Shown one piece after another: positions 60,851 to 64,000 of a stretch of DNA of 64,000 nucleotides. A program made the translations under genes and the position numbers. Each line of letters opens with the position of its first letter. Position 1 is the first letter of the stretch. The notes under the pieces were generated by a model. The model was not told where the DNA came from. It saw only the letters and a list, made by a program, of their open reading frames with translations, and did not search any database. Source of the DNA: Phycisphaerae bacterium (lineage in GTDB: Bacteria > Planctomycetota > Phycisphaerae > UBA1845); NCBI GenBank assembly GCA_963666835.2, contig CAXXGO010000006.1, positions 2,112,001 through 2,176,000 on the forward strand, read 5' to 3'.

Positions 60851-62494
60851 ATGAGAAGCCTTGGGATGTTGTTGGGGGTCGGGCTGACTGCTGTATTGAT
60901 CTTGCCGGCGGTACGGGTGGAGGCGTGTACGAACATCCTTGTGACTCGAGGGGCGTCGACCGACGGCTCCGTGATGATAACCTACGCCTGCGATGGCGAG
61001 TTTCACCCGCATCTTCGGTATTCGCCGGCGGCCGATTACGCCCCGGACGAGTTCTTCGAAATTCGAGATTGGGGCGGTGAACTCCGGGGGCGCATTCCTC
61101 AGGTTGCACACACGTACGCCGTTGTCGGTTTGATGAACGAGCACCAGCTTGCCATCGGTGAGACCACGTTCAGCGGTCGGCAAGAGCTAATCAACCCTGA
61201 CGGGCTGCTCCATTACTGGGATCTGATGCGGTTGGCGTTGTGGCGGGCGAAAACGGCGCGCGAAGCCATCGCCCTTATCGGCGATCTCGTGGCCGAGTAC
61301 GGCTATCGCTCCGAAGGTGAGTCCATTTCCATCGCCGATCCGAATGAAGTGTGGATTATGGAGATCGTCGGGCCCGGCCCCGGTGGTTCGGGGGCGGCGT
61401 GGGTGGCGCTGCGGGTACCGGACGGGTACGTATCGGCGCATGCCAACAAGTCCCGTATAGGTGATTTCCCGCGGGACGATCCCCAGAACTGTGTCTATTC
61501 CGATAGTGCCATAAGCCTGTCAGTTGAGAAGGGCTACTACGACCCGGCATCGGGGGAGCCGTTCAGCTTCCGAGATGCCTACTGCCCGCCGACCCCCAAG
61601 AGTCAGCGTTATGGGGATACGCGGGTGTGGAGCGTTTTCCGGCGGGCTGCCCCGTCTTTGAAACTGTCGCCCGACTATCACCGGGCAGTGGAAGGGGCGA
61701 AGCCGTACCCGTTGTGGATCAAGCCGGACGAGAAGTTGTCGGTAGGCGATGTGTTCGCGCTGTTTCGGGACCATTACGAAGGCACCGAGTTCGATATGAC
61801 GGTCGGCAGTGACGCCGGGCCGTACGGGACGCCCAATCGGTGGCGGCCGATCGATTGGGAAATCGACGGTGTCAAGTATGCCTGGGAGCGACCCATCTCC
61901 ACCCAACAGACCGGGTTCTCATTCGTTTCGCAGTCACGGGCGGGGCTGCCCGATCCGATCGGTGGGGTGCTGTGGTACGGCGTGGACGACACCTACACGA
62001 CCTGCTACGTCCCGCTCTACTGCGGGATCGATGCCCTGCCCGAGTCTTACACCGTAGGCGGCTTGGGTAACTTCTCGTGGGACTCGGCCTGGTGGGTGTT
62101 CAACTTCGCGGCCAACTACGCCAACCTGCGGTACTCGTACATGATTGATGATATCCAGGCCGTTCAACGCGACCTGGAAAGGGGATTCCTCGCGTTGCAG
62201 CCGGCCGTAGAGCGGACGGCCGTCGAACTTCACAAGACCGACCCTGCCCTGATGACGCGGTATCTGACCGACTACTCGGTGTCCCATGCCGAGATGGCCG
62301 TGCGGCGTTGGCGCGAACTCGGCGAGTTTCTTCTGACCAAGTACAACGACGGTTACGTCAAGGACCAGGACGGCCGCCCGCAGGAGGAGGGCTATCCTTT
62401 AAAGTGGCTGCGCCGGGTTGTCAATGATCGTCCCGACCAGTTCCGCCTGAAGACCAAAGACACCGCCGTTCCCGAGTCCAAGCTCGTGGACTGA
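60851..62494 (+). CDS. C69 family dipeptidase
   Basis: Signal peptide followed by the Ntn nucleophile ACTNILV. MNEHQLAIGETT and IADPNEVWIME motifs. Confidence 0.9.
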   Translation: MRSLGMLLGVGLTAVLILPAVRVEACTNILVTRGASTDGSVMITYACDGEFHPHLRYSPAADYAPDEFFEIRDWGGELRGRIPQVAHTYAVVGLMNEHQLAIGETTFSGRQELINPDGLLHYWDLMRLALWRAKTAREAIALIGDLVAEYGYRSEGESISIADPNEVWIMEIVGPGPGGSGAAWVALRVPDGYVSAHANKSRIGDFPRDDPQNCVYSDSAISLSVEKGYYDPASGEPFSFRDAYCPPTPKSQRYGDTRVWSVFRRAAPSLKLSPDYHRAVEGAKPYPLWIKPDEKLSVGDVFALFRDHYEGTEFDMTVGSDAGPYGTPNRWRPIDWEIDGVKYAWERPISTQQTGFSFVSQSRAGLPDPIGGVLWYGVDDTYTTCYVPLYCGIDALPESYTVGGLGNFSWDSAWWVFNFAANYANLRYSYMIDDIQAVQRDLERGFLALQPAVERTAVELHKTDPALMTRYLTDYSVSHAEMAVRRWRELGEFLLTKYNDGYVKDQDGRPQEEGYPLKWLRRVVNDRPDQFRLKTKDTAVPESKLVD

Positions 62495-62548
62495 CGAGAA
62501 CAAGGCCCTGGGGCGATTACAGTGCCGTCTTGGGACTAACGGAATGCT

Positions 62549-63364
62549 CTACGCAGCTTGAATATCGCGACGGGTGAAGATGACCGCTGCTGCCAGCCAC
62601 AATGCCAGAGCAACGGCAGCGAGAGTTGCCAGGTCCGCCACAGGCCAAATACCGCTACCGAGGATGGCGAGCGGCTGATAGTAGTTCAGCACGCTCAGCG
62701 AGGCGGCGCTTTGGGCGGCGGGCCACGACTGCGCCAGGAAGTTGAGCAAGAAGGAGGTGAAGACCACCCCGAATGCAACGGCGATCGCCCGGCCGCGGTG
62801 ACTGGCTATCGAGCTTATCAGACGAGTGATGCCGCCGACTGCCAGATACAGCATAAACAGATTGGCGGCGGCGATGATCGACGGGAGTACCCCCCGCTCG
62901 GCGTCGGGAGAGAACAGGCGGTTGCCGATGGCGTTGCCGATAAGGGCCGCAGTGATGACGGCTGCCCCGGCCACGAACCAGACGATCGACTCACAGCAAT
63001 AGTGCCGCGTGCGCGAGGCGGGCAGACTCAGCAGCACGTCAATAGTCCCCCGGTCGATCTCTCCCACTGGCAGGCGCGTGCAGAGAGCGATGGCATGTGC
63101 CCACGTCAGGATCAGGATTAGCGGATGGACCCAGGGGATGGCGGCCATGACGTCTCCGCCGAGCCCGCCGGCGACACTGGTGCCGAGCAGGCCTTGGATC
63201 ATCTTCTGCACGATCTTGACGCGAAGCCAAGTATCTGACATCTCGCGGCTGAATAGCTGCAGTATGTATATAAGCAGCAACTCGGTTAAGGCGATGGAAA
63301 CGGCAAGCAGCAGGGTGCTGAGCCACACCTCGTGAACGGCTTTCGAGATCAAACCCCGGTTCAT
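62549..63364 (-). CDS. ABC-2 type transporter permease
   Basis: Six TM segments, GEIDRGTIDVLLSLP.SR and C-terminal FTRRDI. Confidence 0.85.
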   Translation of the reverse strand: MNRGLISKAVHEVWLSTLLLAVSIALTELLLIYILQLFSREMSDTWLRVKIVQKMIQGLLGTSVAGGLGGDVMAAIPWVHPLILILTWAHAIALCTRLPVGEIDRGTIDVLLSLPASRTRHYCCESIVWFVAGAAVITAALIGNAIGNRLFSPDAERGVLPSIIAAANLFMLYLAVGGITRLISSIASHRGRAIAVAFGVVFTSFLLNFLAQSWPAAQSAASLSVLNYYQPLAILGSGIWPVADLATLAAVALALWLAAAVIFTRRDIQAA

Positions 63365-63999
63365 TCGGCGGGCTCCCTATCGGCGTAGTACTGTTGAAAG
63401 AGCCGGGCGAGATCAGGTGTTCCGATCGAGAGATCTTCGATGGGCTGACCGGCGCTCCAGCGTACCAGGTCCATGGCCGATCCGGTCAGGGTGGCACGCC
63501 ATTGCAGTGGCCGGCGCTCGTGTACGTCGAGAAACTCCGGGGAGCGGTTTTCGTACTCCTGGGGAATATTATGCCACTGTATTGACACTGTTCTGCGGGC
63601 ACGAGTTCGCAGGTCGTGTACGGTTTCATCGGCGACCAGGGTTCCCTCGCGGAGGATCGCTACCCGATCGCAAAGCTGTTGTACTTCGCCTAGCGTGTGA
63701 CTCGAGAGGAACACGGTGTGCCCGCTGGAGGCGAGCTTGCGTAGCCGAGCGTAGAGCTTCTCCTGTATCAACGGGTCGAGCCCCGAGGTCGGTTCGTCGA
63801 GGATCAGAAGCCGCGGGCGGTGCGCCAGCGCCAGAATCAACCCCAGCTTCTGCCGCATACCCCGGGACATGCTCCCGGACCGCAAGTCGGCAGGAAGATC
63901 GAAGTCCTCGGCCAATTGAGCGCCCTCGTCGGTCAGATCACGCCCGTGCATCCGCCCCAGCAGTCGCACGGCCGCTCGGCAGGTGAGCCACGGGTAGAG
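63361..63999 (-). CDS. ABC transporter ATP-binding protein (runs off window end)
   Basis: MSRGMRQKLG signature, LILDEPTSGLDP and SSHTL. Frame is open to the window edge. Confidence 0.9.
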   Translation of the reverse strand, partial: LYPWLTCRAAVRLLGRMHGRDLTDEGAQLAEDFDLPADLRSGSMSRGMRQKLGLILALAHRPRLLILDEPTSGLDPLIQEKLYARLRKLASSGHTVFLSSHTLGEVQQLCDRVAILREGTLVADETVHDLRTRARRTVSIQWHNIPQEYENRSPEFLDVHERRPLQWRATLTGSAMDLVRWSAGQPIEDLSIGTPDLARLFQQYYADREPAE

Positions 64000-64000
64000 C

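Overview
GC-rich bacterial DNA, most likely Planctomycetota (Phycisphaerae-like). This is inferred from flagellins with the GLRINxGxDDPAGLI motif, a DUF1559-like prepilin, a ~1050-aa FliD and GGCAGGCTGGAAGCCTGC-type palindromes. 1-24 kb is a type VI secretion (T6SS) cluster: probable tssM 3' end, tagF, tssA-B-C, hcp with its own sigma54 promoter, tssE-F-G, clpV and vgrG. An unusual spike/cargo module follows. It comprises VgrG and PAAR with transthyretin-like extensions, a 907-aa LysM/TTR/11-mer-repeat/PG-binding protein, a candidate caspase/CHAT-like (clan CD) cysteine-protease effector, and four PepSY-like small proteins that may be protease-inhibitor immunity proteins. The rest is mostly housekeeping: hpf-PTS(IIA/HPr/EI)-TIGR03936-rne, an nfeD/floA operon with a truncated floA duplicate, fcl, an S41 protease, uvrA, thiC behind a TPP riboswitch with an enlarged L5 loop, HDOD, two flagellins, fliD, fliS, a TPR protein, a C69 dipeptidase and an ABC transporter. 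All calls come from motif recognition by eye; no searches were run.
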